Positions 10,841 to 23,685 of a DNA stretch of 64,000 nucleotides are shown here, piece by piece. Position 1 is the stretch's first letter. Every line of letters starts with the position of its first letter. Position numbers and translations under genes: made by a program. The DNA lies in contig NC_043024.1 of NCBI RefSeq assembly GCF_006345805.1, forward strand, positions 17,298,001-17,362,000, given 5' to 3'. Source of the DNA: Octopus sinensis. Its lineage: Eukaryota. Below the pieces are notes generated by a model, which saw only the letters and a program-made list of their open reading frames with translations, had not been told where the DNA came from and ran no database searches.

Positions 10841-12003
10841 ATATATGTGTGTGGATATGTACATATATATTTATATAAATACAGTTTACATTTAAACACA
10901 TAAGAGGCATCTGTCATAGGACTCCTTGCATGCTAGAGAGAACAGTTAAATTCCAAACCACTATTAGGGATAAAATTTCGAAAGGAATGAAAATAAAAAC
11001 ATTTACCATCTAACTCCTGGACCAATGGTTTCAGACTTTTTCTTAGCAAATTTGCTAAAGTTAACCAACTTGTTTTGTGTTTCTTTTAAGATTCATCAGT
11101 GGTTGTTGACTTCTGTGACCTCTGTCTCTTGGAGTTTAAGAAGTGGCGATTTTCTTGTAAGGAAGATAAACAGTGCGACAGTATGTGATAGTGGTGACCA
11201 TCCACATTGACTGTATGGCCACAACTACAACAACAACCACAATATCCGTGACATCTCCAACAAAAACTATTACTACTTCATATATTGCTACAACCATGGC
11301 TGCCTCTACCACTATAACTACCATCACTACTACAATAACAACCATAACTAGTACTGCAGCCTTTACCTCACTTCGTCTATAACTGCTTGCATCACCACCA
11401 CCACCACCACCACAACAACAACAAAGATCACAATAATCTTAACCACCACCATCACCAGACCTGCTACTACAACATCTACAACACTGAGAGCTTCCAATAC
11501 ATCCTTCATCCCCACAACTACAGCCACCACCTCCACCACCACACCGCCACCACCACCACACCGCCACCACCACCACACTGCTATCACCACCACAGCAACA
11601 ACAACAACTGTGCTGACAACAGCAAGAACAACCGTTCTCTAATGACAAAGTTCGTAGACGTCCTAGTGGACATTCCGACTATGGATTAAGATGGGACACA
11701 TCCGCGGATCATCAACAACCAGTCATAATGCTTGATTTGAACATCAATCCATTTATCTCTAATCCACTATTCACCTCACCACCACCGCCACCACCACTGC
11801 CCCATCGCCGTCGCCTTTTCTTTTCGCAATGCTTATTCTAATCGGATCGAATCACAGTTTGAGATTTATCTTCCGACAGCTGAAATATCCAGGTTTCCGA
11901 AACAGTTTTCTGGAAAATTCTTGTGATTGTCTTTGACAATAATCCTAATGAAAGTTCTACCTTATCACCTTTGCACCAAATTGAATTCGTTCTACTACTA
12001 CTA

Positions 12004-12041
<38 letters not shown>

Positions 12042-12695
12042 ACCACTACTACCACTACTACTACTACTACTACTAGTTTGAACCCTAGGTCAACTCTGAT
12101 CAAACAGATCTGTGATCAGAGTTTTATTTCTAGTCTTTTTTAGTGTTTTTTTAGTGTTTTCTATATTTTTTTTTAATGTTTTCTGTTGATGTTTGTTTTT
12201 CAAACTCTGAGGTTTCCAGTTCAGTCTTATGTTGTAACACCGTATTCTAGTGTCCTCAACTTTCAGCTTCTGTTGACCAGTGGCTTTGTGAAGGGAATTT
12301 GGTGCTCAGAACCTGTCCTACACACCCATTGTGTGTATGCAAATTTGTGCATGTGTGTTTGTGCACAGGTGTGTGTGGGGGTGAGATGAGGTTTATATCC
12401 ATGTTTACATTTTTTGCTGTTTATACTCCATAACTTAGCAATCTGACAATAGAGATCGATACAATAAATAGCAGACTTAAAGATAAATACTGGGTTCACT
12501 ACAATCAACTAAACCCTTTCAACGCATTGCCCCAGTTATTATTATTATTATTATATATATATAGATGTACATATTTACACGTGTGTGTATGTATACAGAC
12601 TATATATAATAATGAACATGTTATATTTTTTATCTCCCTCCCTACCACTTTCTCACTCATTCTCTCCCTCTCTCTATCTCTCTCTCGCTATATAC

Positions 12696-12754
<59 letters not shown>

Positions 12755-12879
12755 TATGTGTGTGTGTGAAATGTGTATAGTAAATGCACAAAGGGGAAAA
12801 AAATGTATAGTAAATGCAGAAGCAAACAGAAAAATGTATATTAAATACAAAAACGGACAGGAAGCAAAAACAGAAAGTC

Positions 12880-13310
12880 CCTAATTCTTCATCAGTCATC
12901 AACCAGATGACATTACTCAGTTTTGCACCATTAATCATAAGACTGAGATGCTTCCCATGCTGGCAGGGCCTCCAAACACACACACACACACAAACAAACT
13001 GTTCGTCATTCCCTTGTGGAACTCCATTTCTGTGACATTGATAAACTTCCACACTTGTTTGTTAAGTTTCCACATCACAGCAATACATAAGGATAGGTTC
13101 TTTGAATGCCCCCACCACCATCACCAAGAATCTTTTCCAATGTCTTATTTAAAACCATTTATTTCACAATATATTCTCAATCTGACTGGAACCCACCAAT
13201 CTTTAATTTCTTTGAATCGTTTTCCCATCTGACATACTAATGGATCTCAAACATTGTAAAGTGATAGACTTGTTCCTCCTTTAAATACAACCCATCACAT
13301 TTATTCAAAG
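12880..13310 (-). mobile_element. Highly decayed RTE-like RT remnant
   Basis: Fragmentary IKCDGLYLKEEQVYHF / SISMSDGK / EIK resemble the RTE post-YADD LGS region; heavily degraded. Confidence 0.35.
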
Positions 13311-13969
13311 CAGATTATATAATTGCAATTATGTGTATCTGTTTAATTTGGAAACTGTTAATACAGTCCATTAAATTTATTTAGTGATTACTAACTATAA
13401 TTATTCATATTTGGAGAATTAACGATGAATGCGATCCATTAAATTTAATAAAAGCTCACTAATTACACTTGTATACATCTGTGTAGTTAATTAATTAATT
13501 AACTGTGAATATGAACTATAAAACTGGTGTTTTTGATGTTAAAACCTCCACCTCACCCGACAAGCACCTTGTGATTATATGATATTTTATTGACCTTGGT
13601 ACAACCAAAGGGTAGGTTGATGTCAGTGAGATTTGAACCCAGAATATAAGGAACTAGAACAAATCTCATAAAGTATTTTGTTAGTGACTGCACCACTTTA
13701 CTGACTTTTGATAAAATTAATAAAAGTCAGAACTCCAAGTGTCTCCACCAAATGTTTGAACCTTGAGCTTTGCATTTTATTTAGCTTAACACGTCTTCTC
13801 AGGCAAAGCAAACTATCAGAAGTCTTGATCCTTTGTCATCTGTTCTGTGAGGCCCAACGTCTGAGGACCCTTTCTTGCCATTTCATCCCGTGTCTTTCTA
13901 CGTCTCCCCCTATCATACGTTCCCTCCACAATTGCACTTCTTGATGCAGCTCTCCTCATCCATACATCA

Positions 13970-14150
13970 TTAACACTGGGCAAAATGCTTATCACCATGT
14001 CATCCATCTTCATATTTGAGTTCAAGTTCTGCCAAGGTTGACTTTGCCATTCATCCCTATCAGGGTTTGATAACATAAGTACCAGTGAAGCACTGGGCTC
14101 AATGTAATTCCCCAAAAATTTTAGACTTTGTTCCTGCAGTAGAAAGGATT
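13970..14150 (+). mobile_element. SINE family B
   Basis: TGAGTTCAAGTTCTGCCAAGGTTGACTTTGCCATTCATCC...AAGTACCAGT. Further copies at 26473-26812, 28755-29180(-), 30700-31200(-), 32345-32555(-), 36300-36515 and 62860-63068. Confidence 0.8.
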
Positions 14151-14403
14151 ATTATTATTATTATCATTATTATTATTAAGGCAGTGAGCTGGCAGAATTG
14201 TTAGCACACTGTCCATCCATCCGTCCATCCATACATATATATATGCATGCATACAAACGTTTGTGTGTGTGTAGATTGTTTGAAATGGTCTTCTGATGAA
14301 TCTCTGAAACGAGATGGAAGTGCTAAATAAATAATCATCCAAAATTCTGACTGCCTCCTGTTTCTTAATATATTTACTATAATGAAAAATGTGGACACAT
14401 GAT

Positions 14404-15273
14404 CCTAAAATATTTTTAAGTATTGAACCTGAGAAAGTACAGATCAAGCAATAATTAAGCCTGGAAAAGTACAGGACAAGAAAAAAAAGCTTAAAATGTT
14501 ACTGCTAAAGTTAGAATTTAAAAACCAAATAGCAATAAATGCCCCGTTATATTTTTTATTTTTACTTAAAAGTCTAAATTAAAATACTCAAGAAGTTATT
14601 TTTTTTTCAATTTTAGTGAAAAAACTAATTGTCTGCAAGTTTACACATTAAAAGTTTGATATTACAAATATATTTAAAAACTGACATTTAAGCATAAACA
14701 AAATAATAAAATATGCAAAATTGACAATTATATCCCCTACAATTTTTTTACAATGTTTTTACATTTTGTACTCAATTTGTTCATTGGCTTTCATTTTTTA
14801 AAATAGTTTTCTCACTGTAAATAGAGAATATTATATCTCATAATGCAAATGTTAAAGAAATTAATTCTTTTGTTTCTTTAAAAACTTTTTTGAATTACAT
14901 GTATTTTATATGAATTTAATTTTATAACACAATATCTGTGATTTAAAATTTTTGTATAATGAGAAAAAAAATATAAAAAATAATATAATACTAGAAATAA
15001 GACAAACGTTTTAGCTTAATACAAAGAAATTTTAAAATCAAATATATTAACTTATATTTTTAAAAACATTGCAATAAAAAGCCCAAAAATATAAAAAGCA
15101 AAACAGTGCACACACTATTTCATGAACAATTTCAGAAATTTATTTAGTAAATTCTAACTTCAGCAGCAATATTTTATATTTTAAGTTTTTTTTACTTGCT
15201 GTCCTGTACTTTCCCAGCCTTGATTACTGCTTGTTCTGTACTTTTCCTGGTTCAATATTTAAGAATATTAGGG
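14404..15273. mobile_element. AT-rich non-autonomous DNA element with TIRs of about 120 bp
   Basis: About 14404-14520 (…GAACCTGAGAAAGTACAGATCAAGCAATAATTAAGCCTGGAAAAGTACAGGACA…) is the imperfect reverse complement of about 15145-15273. Confidence 0.7.
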
Positions 15274-16035
15274 TAGCAAGTTGGCAGAAACATTAGCACA
15301 CTGGGTGAAATGCTTAGCGGTATTTCGTCTATCTTTACGTTCTGAGTTCAAATTCCACTGAGTTTGACTTTGCTTTTCATCCTTTCGGGGTTGATAAATT
15401 AAGTACCAGTTGCATTGTTTCTTCCTTCTCGAGCCACGCCTGGCTCATTAGGGCCGCTTTCCCTGTTTCCTTGGTGTATAGGTTCCCCACATGGACGGGA
15501 TACCAGTCCGTCGCAGGTGAGCTGCAAGATGCAGGAGGAAAGAGCGAGAGAACGTTGTGGCAAAAGAGTCAGAGAGAAGTTCACCATTACCTTCTGCCGG
15601 AGCCGCATGGAGCTTAGGTGTTTCGCTCATAAACACACATATCGCCTGGTCTGAGATTTGAACCCACAATCCCTCGACCGTGAGTCCGCTGCTCTAACCA
15701 CTAACATGTGCCTCCACTGCCAGTTGCATAGAGGGGTCGATATAATTGACTGGTCTCCTTCTCCAAAATGTCGGGCCTTGTGCCTAGAGTAGAAAACAAT
15801 ATTTAAGAATATTAGGGCAGCAAGCTGGCAGAAACATTAGCACACTGTTGGCACATTAGCACATGCTTGGCAGTATTTCGTCTGTCTTTACATTCTGAGT
15901 TCAAATTCCACTGAGGTTGACTGCCTTTCATCCTTTCGGAGTTGATAAATTAAGTACCAGCTGAATACAGGGGTCAATATAATTGACTGGCCCCCTCAAC
16001 CAAAATTTCAGGCTTTGTGCCTAGAGTAGAAAACA
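15271..16035 (+). mobile_element. Two tandem SINE B copies; the first is interrupted by a SINE C (15416-15719, minus strand)
   Basis: AATATTTAAGAATATT occurs three times (about 15255, 15799 and 16036); the nested SINE C is flanked by the 10-bp TSD CCAGTTGCAT (15406-15415, 15720-15729). Confidence 0.85.
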
Positions 16036-17017
16036 ATATTTAAGAATATTCTATGGTACCTTTATAATTGGAAAAATGATACTTCTGCAAATATTGTTTT
16101 AAACACAGGTTTTGTTCAAACTTAGATATTTTGTTTGCAGCATATCTGTTACAAATAAATATATATTTTCAAACAATTCTTATTATGAAATAGTGTTATA
16201 TTCTAATCCAATAACAAATATTAGTTTTTTTCATGAGTGTAAGTTTTTATATTGATATGTTTCTAATATGTACCTGATTCATTTCATAAACAAAATAATA
16301 AAAGTTAATATGAAATCGCAAAATATCATAACTATTTTTATGCTTGATTTTTTTTTGACAGGATTTCTATCAAAATATATCTCTGGTTGAACTTTTTCAT
16401 TCGAGTTCAAATAATATGATTTTCTGTTAAAAAGACAAATATTTTTCATTTCTTAAAATGATCACCATTTTTTTTTTTGTCACTGAAAGCCAAACAGCAG
16501 TTATTGCAGCTAATATATTTTCACATGGTTTTCACCATAAGATTCTATACATAGAGCTCTATTATCTAAGCTAATTCTCGAACACAGAATAGCTGTCAAA
16601 ACAGCTTAGAAGATTGGCTAAATATGCTTAGAAAATGAGAAAAAATGGCCAGCAAGCCATTATAGAGGATCCAAACCTTTACCTCACACACTCCAGTTAT
16701 GCATGCTGTACTATTAAGCGAAGCAACCTTTGATATCAGCCTCTGTCTTTTATAATGATGAATATCTTCAAATGACAAAATTATTTCAATTTGTTATTAT
16801 CTCATCTCAAAATATAGTGGAAGACTGAACCATTATTGTGAAATAAAATGGTATCCAATCCAGTTGAGAACTGAAAGAGTGATGAAACCTAGAAGAGCTT
16901 GTGAGTGACTGAAATTTGACCATGAGTGACTGAAATTTGACCATGAGTGTAGCTTGGTTCATTCATCAGCTGTCTGCAGCATTTCTTAAGTTTCTATTGC
17001 ATTTTTACCCAGTTTGA

Positions 17018-17229
17018 CCCTTTCGTTACCAACCCGGGTGAAACTGCCTCTGGCTCTCTAGTAGAAATGTCTTGTTTGCATAAGTTTCGAATTAAAATCT
17101 TCTTAGTCACAATTTATGTTCCTAACACTAGTTTAATGATAACTAAGTTATTGAAATAAATTCTTTGTTACATTTAAAATAATTGAAAGAAACACAGAGC
17201 ATCTCAACAGAAATATGGTAACAAAAGGG
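17018..17229. mobile_element. piggyBac-like MITE, copy 1
   Basis: TTGA|CCCTTTCGTTACC ... GGTAACAAAAGGG|TTAA. Confidence 0.75.
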
Positions 17230-17260
17230 TTAAAATATATAACAGAGAAACAATTCTTAA

Positions 17261-17481
17261 CCCTTTTGATACCAACCCAACTGTAACAGCCTCTGGCTCT
17301 CTAGTACAAATGTCTTGTTTTCAAAAGTTCTGAATTAACATCTTCCACCAAACCTCAGTCACAATTTATGTTCCTAATACTAGCTTAATGATAACTAAGT
17401 TATTGAAATAAATTCTTTGTTACATTTAAAATAATTGAAAAAAACACAGAGCATCTCAAAATGAATACAGTAACAAAAGGA
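17261..17481. mobile_element. piggyBac-like MITE, copy 2
   Basis: TTAA|CCCTTTTGATACC ... AGTAACAAAAGGA|TTAA; the body is homologous to copy 1. Confidence 0.75.
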
Positions 17482-17510
17482 TTAACACAAAACTTCATTG
17501 CAGGGCTTAC

Positions 17511-17604
17511 TTCCGAATCGTCTTCATGTCCCAACAGCATTCTGCAAAAATAGTCAGCTGACACAAGCAGTGTTCAAAGTGCCATTGCAGTTGTCTTCTC
17601 CAAT
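17511..17604 (-). CDS. Candidate exon (alternative acceptor at 17541), unknown protein
   Basis: Strong donor GAA|GTAAGC; open frames DWRRQLQWHFEHCLCQLTIFAECCWDMKTIR (long form) or MLLGHEDDSE (short form). Confidence 0.25.
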
Positions 17605-18404
17605 CTGTCATAACAAAAGCTGGCAAATCAACTTATTAGATAAATAGTAATTATTTGCTACAATTACAATAATCAAGAATGATTTTTTAACTGCCTCTCT
17701 GCAAAAATCAAAAGTCTCAAACTTGGAATGCACCTCGTGTGTGTGTGTGTGCATGGGGGGGTTATATGAACTTTTCAAAACTTTTGCCTAAATATGGTAG
17801 ATATCCCATGCGAGACAAAAGATGTATCATGACAGATGTATCTTCTTTTCTTTCTCTGTATGCGCATCTCTCTCTCTCTCTCTCTCTGTCCCTTCCCTAT
17901 CTCTGTCTTTCACACACTCTCTCTCTCCCCCTCGCTCTCCCACACTCTCTCTCACTTTCCTTATCTCTCTCACTCTTTCCACTCTCTCTCTCTCTCACTC
18001 TCCTTATCTCTCTCCCTTCTTATCTTTGTCTTTCACACACACTCTCTCCTCCACACTCTCTCCCTCTCTCTTTCCCTTTGCCTCTCGCTAAAATTATGTA
18101 TTCTATCCATGGCATTAACATAAGCATCACCTCTGCTGCTACTACAGCCCCAACCACCTAAACAACTCAATGATACCACCACCACCACCACCACTGTTAC
18201 TATTAGTAACACTACTACTAATACTAACAATATCAAATAATGTGTATATCTATCTGTGCGTGAGTATCTATGTGTTTGTATGTATATATATATATGTGTG
18301 TGTGTTTATATGTATATATATATATGTGTGTGTTTATATGTATATATATGTGTATGTGTGTGTATATATTTATGTATATATATATGTATATATATATGTA
18401 TATA

Positions 18405-18455
<51 letters not shown>

Positions 18456-18471
18456 GTATGTATATATATAT

Positions 18472-18506
<35 letters not shown>

Positions 18507-18546
18507 ATAGAAATATGTGTATAAATATATATATATATATATATAT

Positions 18547-19591
18547 GTCCACCAAGGTTCAGTCCTCAGCCCCCTCCTATTTATCATAGTCCTCCAGGCA
18601 ATAACGGAAGAATTTAAGACAGGATGCCCCTGGAGCTCCTATATGCTGATGACCTTGCTCTAATTGCTGAGTCACTATCAGAACTGGAGGAGAAGTTTCA
18701 GGTGTGGAAACAAGGATTAGAATCGAAGGGCCTTAGAATCAACCTAGCCAAAACCAAAGTCCTAATAAGTAGGAAGGTGGACCAACCACACAAACGACTT
18801 CAGGTAGATGGCCCTGCTCGATCTGTAAAAAAGGTGTAGGTAGAAACTCTATAAGGTGCACCAAGTGTAAGCTATGGACACATAAGAGGTGCAGCAATGT
18901 CAAAGGAAGGCTAACTAAGAAAATAGTTTTTGTCTGTAGCAGATGCTCAGGAGAAATAAACACTGGAAATGTGCGAGTCCAACTTCTACCACGTTCCGGG
19001 AGACAAACTAGAAGTAGTTGATAGTTTCCGCTACCTAGGAGACCAAGTCAGTAGCGGGGGTGGGTGTGCTGAAAGCGTAACTGCTAGAGTAAGAATAGCC
19101 TGGGCAAAGTTTAGAGCTCTTTACCCCTGCTGGTGACAAAAGGTCTCTCGCTAAGAGTAAAAGGCAGACTATATGATGCGTGTGTACGTACAGCCATGCT
19201 ACATGGTAGTGAAAACATGGGCCGTGACAGCTGAGGATATGCGTAAGCTTGCAAGAAATGAAGCCTGTATGCTCGATGGATGTGTAATGTCAGTGTTCAT
19301 AATCGTCAGAGTGTAAGTACTTGAGAGAAAAGTTGAACCTAAGAAGTGTCAGTTGTGGTGTGCAAGAGAGACGGCTGCGCTGGTATGGTCATGTGACGAG
19401 AATGGCTGAAGATAGTTGTGTGCAAAAGTGCTACACCCTAGCAGTTGAGGGAACCTGTGGAAGAGGTAGACCCAGGAAAAACTGGGACGAGGTGGTGAAG
19501 CACGACCTTCGAACTTTAGGTCTCACAAGGAAGTGACTGAAGACCGAGTCCTTGGAAGTGTGCTGTGCATGAGAGGACCCGGCAGGACTAG
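18547..19591 (+). mobile_element. 5'-truncated RTE-clade LINE, ORF2 reverse-transcriptase 3' part with frameshifts
   Basis: [58 protein letters not shown] and GRGRPRKNWDEVVKHDL; stop codon near 19591. Confidence 0.93.
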
Positions 19592-21880
19592 TCAGGCCAT
19601 ATCCCGTGGCCCCTACCTGGGACGTAGTCGATCCACCTGTGCATACCTTCCATCTTGTGACACTGTGAAGACCTGCTGAGGCAAGTGAAAATCAAAATCA
19701 ATCTCAAAATAGATGAACATCAATGGAATTTGTATCTTTGTGGTACAGTGCCTGTGGCACACAAGAAAACCATCCGAACGTGGCCGTAGCCAGTACCGCA
19801 TCGACTGGCCTCCGTGCTGTGGGAACATGGTGGCACATAAAAAACACCATCCGAAGACCCGGCAAGACTAGTCAGTCATAACCCGTGGGCCCTATGGGAC
19901 GTAGTCAGTCCACTGTACATACCTTCCGACTTGTGAAGACCTGCTGAGGCAAGTGAAAATCAAATCAAAATCAAAATCAAAATCAAATCAAAACAAATCA
20001 AAATAGATGAACATCAATGGAATTTGTATCCTTGTGTGGTACCAGTGCCAGTGGCACACAAGAATCCATCCGAACGTGGCCGTAGTCAGTACCGCTTGGG
20101 CCGTGTCAGTACCGCTTGTGGTACCAGTGCCGGTGGCACACAAGAATCATCCGAACGTGGCCGTAGTCAGTACCGCATCACTGGCCATCGTGCTGTGGGC
20201 ACATAACAAACAACATCCGGTCGTGGCCGTTCGCCAGCCTCATCTAGCACCTGTGTCGGTGGCACATAAAAAACACCTTCCGAAGACCCGGCAAGACAAG
20301 TCAGGCCATAAACCATGGCCCCTACCTGGGACGTAGTCAGTCCACCTGTGCATACCTTCCTCCTTGTGATACTTGTGAAGGCCTGTTGAGGCAAGTGAAA
20401 ATCAAAGGCCTGTGAGGCAAGTGAAAATCAAAATCAAATCAAAACAAATCAAAATAGATGAACATCAATGGAATCTGTATCTTTGTGGTACCATGCCGGT
20501 GGCACACAAGAGAAAACCATCCGAAAGTGGCCGTAGCCAGTACCCCGCATCGACTGGCCTCCGTTCTGTTGGGCACATGACAAACACCATCCGATCGTGG
20601 CCGTTCGCCAGCCTCATCTAGCACCTGTGTCGGTGGCACATAAAAACACCATCCGAAGACCCGGCAAGACTAGTCAGGCCATAACCCATGGCCCCTACCT
20701 GGGACGTATCAGTCCACCTGTGCATACCTTCCTTCTTGTGACACTTGTGAAGACCTGTTGAGGCAAGTGAAAATCAAAATCAAAATAAATCAAAATAGAT
20801 GAACATCAATGGAATCTGTATCTTTGTGGTACCAGTGCCGGTGGCACACACTTTGTGGTACCAGTGCCGGTGGCACACAGAGAACCATCCGAACGTGGCC
20901 GTAGCCAGTTCCGCATCGACCGGCCTCCGTGCTGTGTGCCGTAACAAACACATCCAATCATGGCCGTTCGCCAGCCTCATCTGGCACCTGTGTCGGTGGC
21001 ACATAAAAAACACCTTCCGAAGACCCGCAAGACTAGTCAGTCACCTGTGCATACCTTCCTTCTTGTGACACTTGTGAAGACCGGTTGAGGCAAGTGAAAA
21101 TCAAATCAAAATCAAATCAAAATAGACAAAATAGATGAACATCAATGGAATTTGTATCTTGTGGTACCAGTGCCTGTGGCACACAAGAATCCATCAGTGC
21201 CGTAGTCAGTGCGGTGGGCACATGACAAACACCATCCGATCGTGGCCGTTCGCCAGCCTCATCTAGCACCTGTGTCGGTGGCAAATAAAAAACACCATCC
21301 GAAGACCCGCAAGACTAGTCAGGCCATAACCCATGCCCCTACCTGGGACGTAGTCAGTCCACCTGTGCATACCTTCCTTCTTGTGACACTTGTGAGACCT
21401 GTTGAGGCAAGTGAAAATCAAAAATCAAATCAAAATCAAAATAGATGAACATCAATGGAATTTGTATCTTTGTGGTACCATGCTGCCGGTGGCACGTGGC
21501 ACATAAGAAAACCATCCGAACGTGGCGTAGCCAGTACCGCATCGACTGGCCTCCGTGCTGTGGGCACGTAACAAGCACCATCCGATCGTGGCCGTTTGCC
21601 AGCCTCATCTGGCACCTGTGTCGGTGGCACATAAAAACACCATCCGAGCGTGGCCGTCTGCCAGCCTCGTCTGGCACCTGTGTCGGTGGCACATAAAAAC
21701 ACCATCCGAGCGTGGCCGTCTGCCAGCCTCGTCTGGCACCTGTGTCGGTGGCATAAAAAAACACCATCCGAGCGTGGCCGTCTGCCAGCCTCGTCTGGCA
21801 CCTGTGTCGGTGGCACATAAAAAACCACCATCCGAGCGTGCCGTTTGCCAGCCTCGTCTGGCACTGTGTCGGTGGCACAT
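19572..21880 (+). repeat. Tandem amplification of the RTE 3' UTR (about 280-430 bp units x6, then four 62-bp subunits)
   Basis: Unit start GAAGACCCGGCAAGACTAGTCAG at about 19572, 19853, 20282, 20655, 21019 and 21301; the 62-mer GGTGGCACATAAAAACACCATCCGAGCGTGGCCG… repeats at 21623-21870. Confidence 0.9.
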
Positions 21881-22046
21881 AAAATCAACCCACTACACTC
21901 CTCGGAGTGGTTGGCGTTAGGAAGGGCATCCAGCTGTAGAAACACTGCCAGATCTGACTGGACTGGTGCAGCTTTCGGGCTCTCCCAGACCCCAGTTGAA
22001 ACCGTCCAACCCATGCTAGCATGGAAAGCGGACGTTAATGATGATG

Positions 22047-22048
<2 letters not shown>
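21870..22048 (+). mobile_element. RTE 3' terminus with (TGA)n tail
   Basis: GTGGTTGGCGTTAGGAAGGGCATCCAGCTGTAGAAAC…CCAACCCATGCTAGCATGGAAAGCGGACGTTAATGATGATGAT; the same tail occurs at 30255-30440(-) and 33340-33390. Confidence 0.85.
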
Positions 22049-22083
<35 letters not shown>

Positions 22084-23398
22084 ATAGATGTAAGTCTATC
22101 ACTGGTGGGATGTGTATAAGTAAGAAGTTTCCAACTCATTGGTGTGTAGAAATAACTTGATTAGATTGGATCCTTTTACAATGTGGAAGGTGGGTAGAGT
22201 AGGAGTGATGGTTGTGGTGGTGGTGGTGTCATGTGGAGGTTGGTGTTCTGGGGCAGTGTTGGTTCTACTGCAGGCTTTGTCTGCACTGTGTGTCACGGAC
22301 GGGACCAGAGCAAGTGGGGTGGTGGTCATGGTAGTGTTGGCTTTGCGGTGGATGGTCATGGCTGGCAGTTGTTGTGATGGCTGTAACAGTGGGGGTGATG
22401 TTGAGGGTGATGGTGGTCGGGTCGAAGGTCGTGGTGGTACTGACGTTGACTGTGTTGTTGGTTGTGATGTTGATGGGATTGGTGGAGATGGTGGTTGCAG
22501 TGACTGTAGTATGTGGTGGTGGCGGTGGTGCTGCTGCCAGTGATGAGGTTAGTGTGATAGTAAAACTAGTGTCATCACCGTTGTTGTTGCAGTTGGAACC
22601 ATTTTGATTGTTGATGCTGTTTTCAGTGTTCTTGTTGTAGTTGTTACGAATAAAGCTCTCTATAAAATTCTTGTTGCTTTTGTAGTTGTTGCTGTTGTTA
22701 TTGATGGAACTACAGCTACACTTGTTGTTGTTGTTGTAATCCAATTTCCCATGAGATTCAGAAAAAAATTTCTTATATTTTATTTCTTTTATTTATTTCG
22801 TTTATTCTTATGTAGGGTTGGTGGGGGAAGTCGGTGGTGGGTGGTGGGGCGATTACCTGAGTGAAAATATGTTTCAGATGTTACAGTTTCTAGAAATTGG
22901 GGTCATTAGACACACCCTGTTGCACACACATGCACACACACACACACACACTCATTCAATAATATACACCTTTCACACACTTTTACACACACATCACATA
23001 CAATATATATATATATATATATACTCCCACGCACACCACTACATTCACATACATACACACACACACACACACTACATGCTCACATTCTGATTTAGTCATT
23101 CACATGTATTTCAACAGCTTTTCAGATACATACATATATAAACATACATACATAAATGTCTATGACTACACCTTAATGTATGTGCATGAATGTGTATACG
23201 CACACACTAACACACTTTATATTTATATGTTTCTATTTTTATTTCTGCATGTCTTCTGTCCCATAATCCTCTCTGGCGCAAAAAAGTGAATGCAATTTTA
23301 TCTATGGATAGCTTAGGTTACATTTCTAAGTGTGTGCATGTGTATACATATATATATGTATGTATCCATGTGTATACACGTGTATATATTTATATATA

Positions 23399-23431
<33 letters not shown>

Positions 23432-23652
23432 ACATATATGTATGTATGTATACATATATTTATATATGTATATGTATACATATATGTATATATGTATATA
23501 TGTATATACATGTATATATATATATATATTATATATATATATAATTATATATGTATATACATATATATGTATATGGCCATGTACACACACACAAACAGGT
23601 ACTTATATATCTCTCAATTTATCAATCTGTCCAACAATGTATGTATGTATTC

Positions 23653-23685
<33 letters not shown>

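Noticed and set aside
14293-14325. CUGAUGA-A-UCUC(UGAAAC)GAGA hairpin as a hammerhead
   Set aside because: The 3' core reads UGGAAGUG and stem I has no partner; too degenerate to call.
16902-16950. 22-bp tandem duplication (GAGTGACTGAAATTTGACCAT)
   Set aside because: An ordinary slippage duplication with no further structure.
19613-21880. Array of direct repeats resembling CRISPR, and HDV-like ribozyme candidates (GCCAGCCTCGTCTGGC)
   Set aside because: There are no unique spacers, the context is eukaryotic and the units derive from the RTE UTR. I found no P1 strand or nested double pseudoknot for an HDV fold.
22857-22889. 33-nt minus-strand micro-exon ETVTSETYFHS
   Set aside because: Its phase is incompatible with the neighbouring candidates and it is too short to support.
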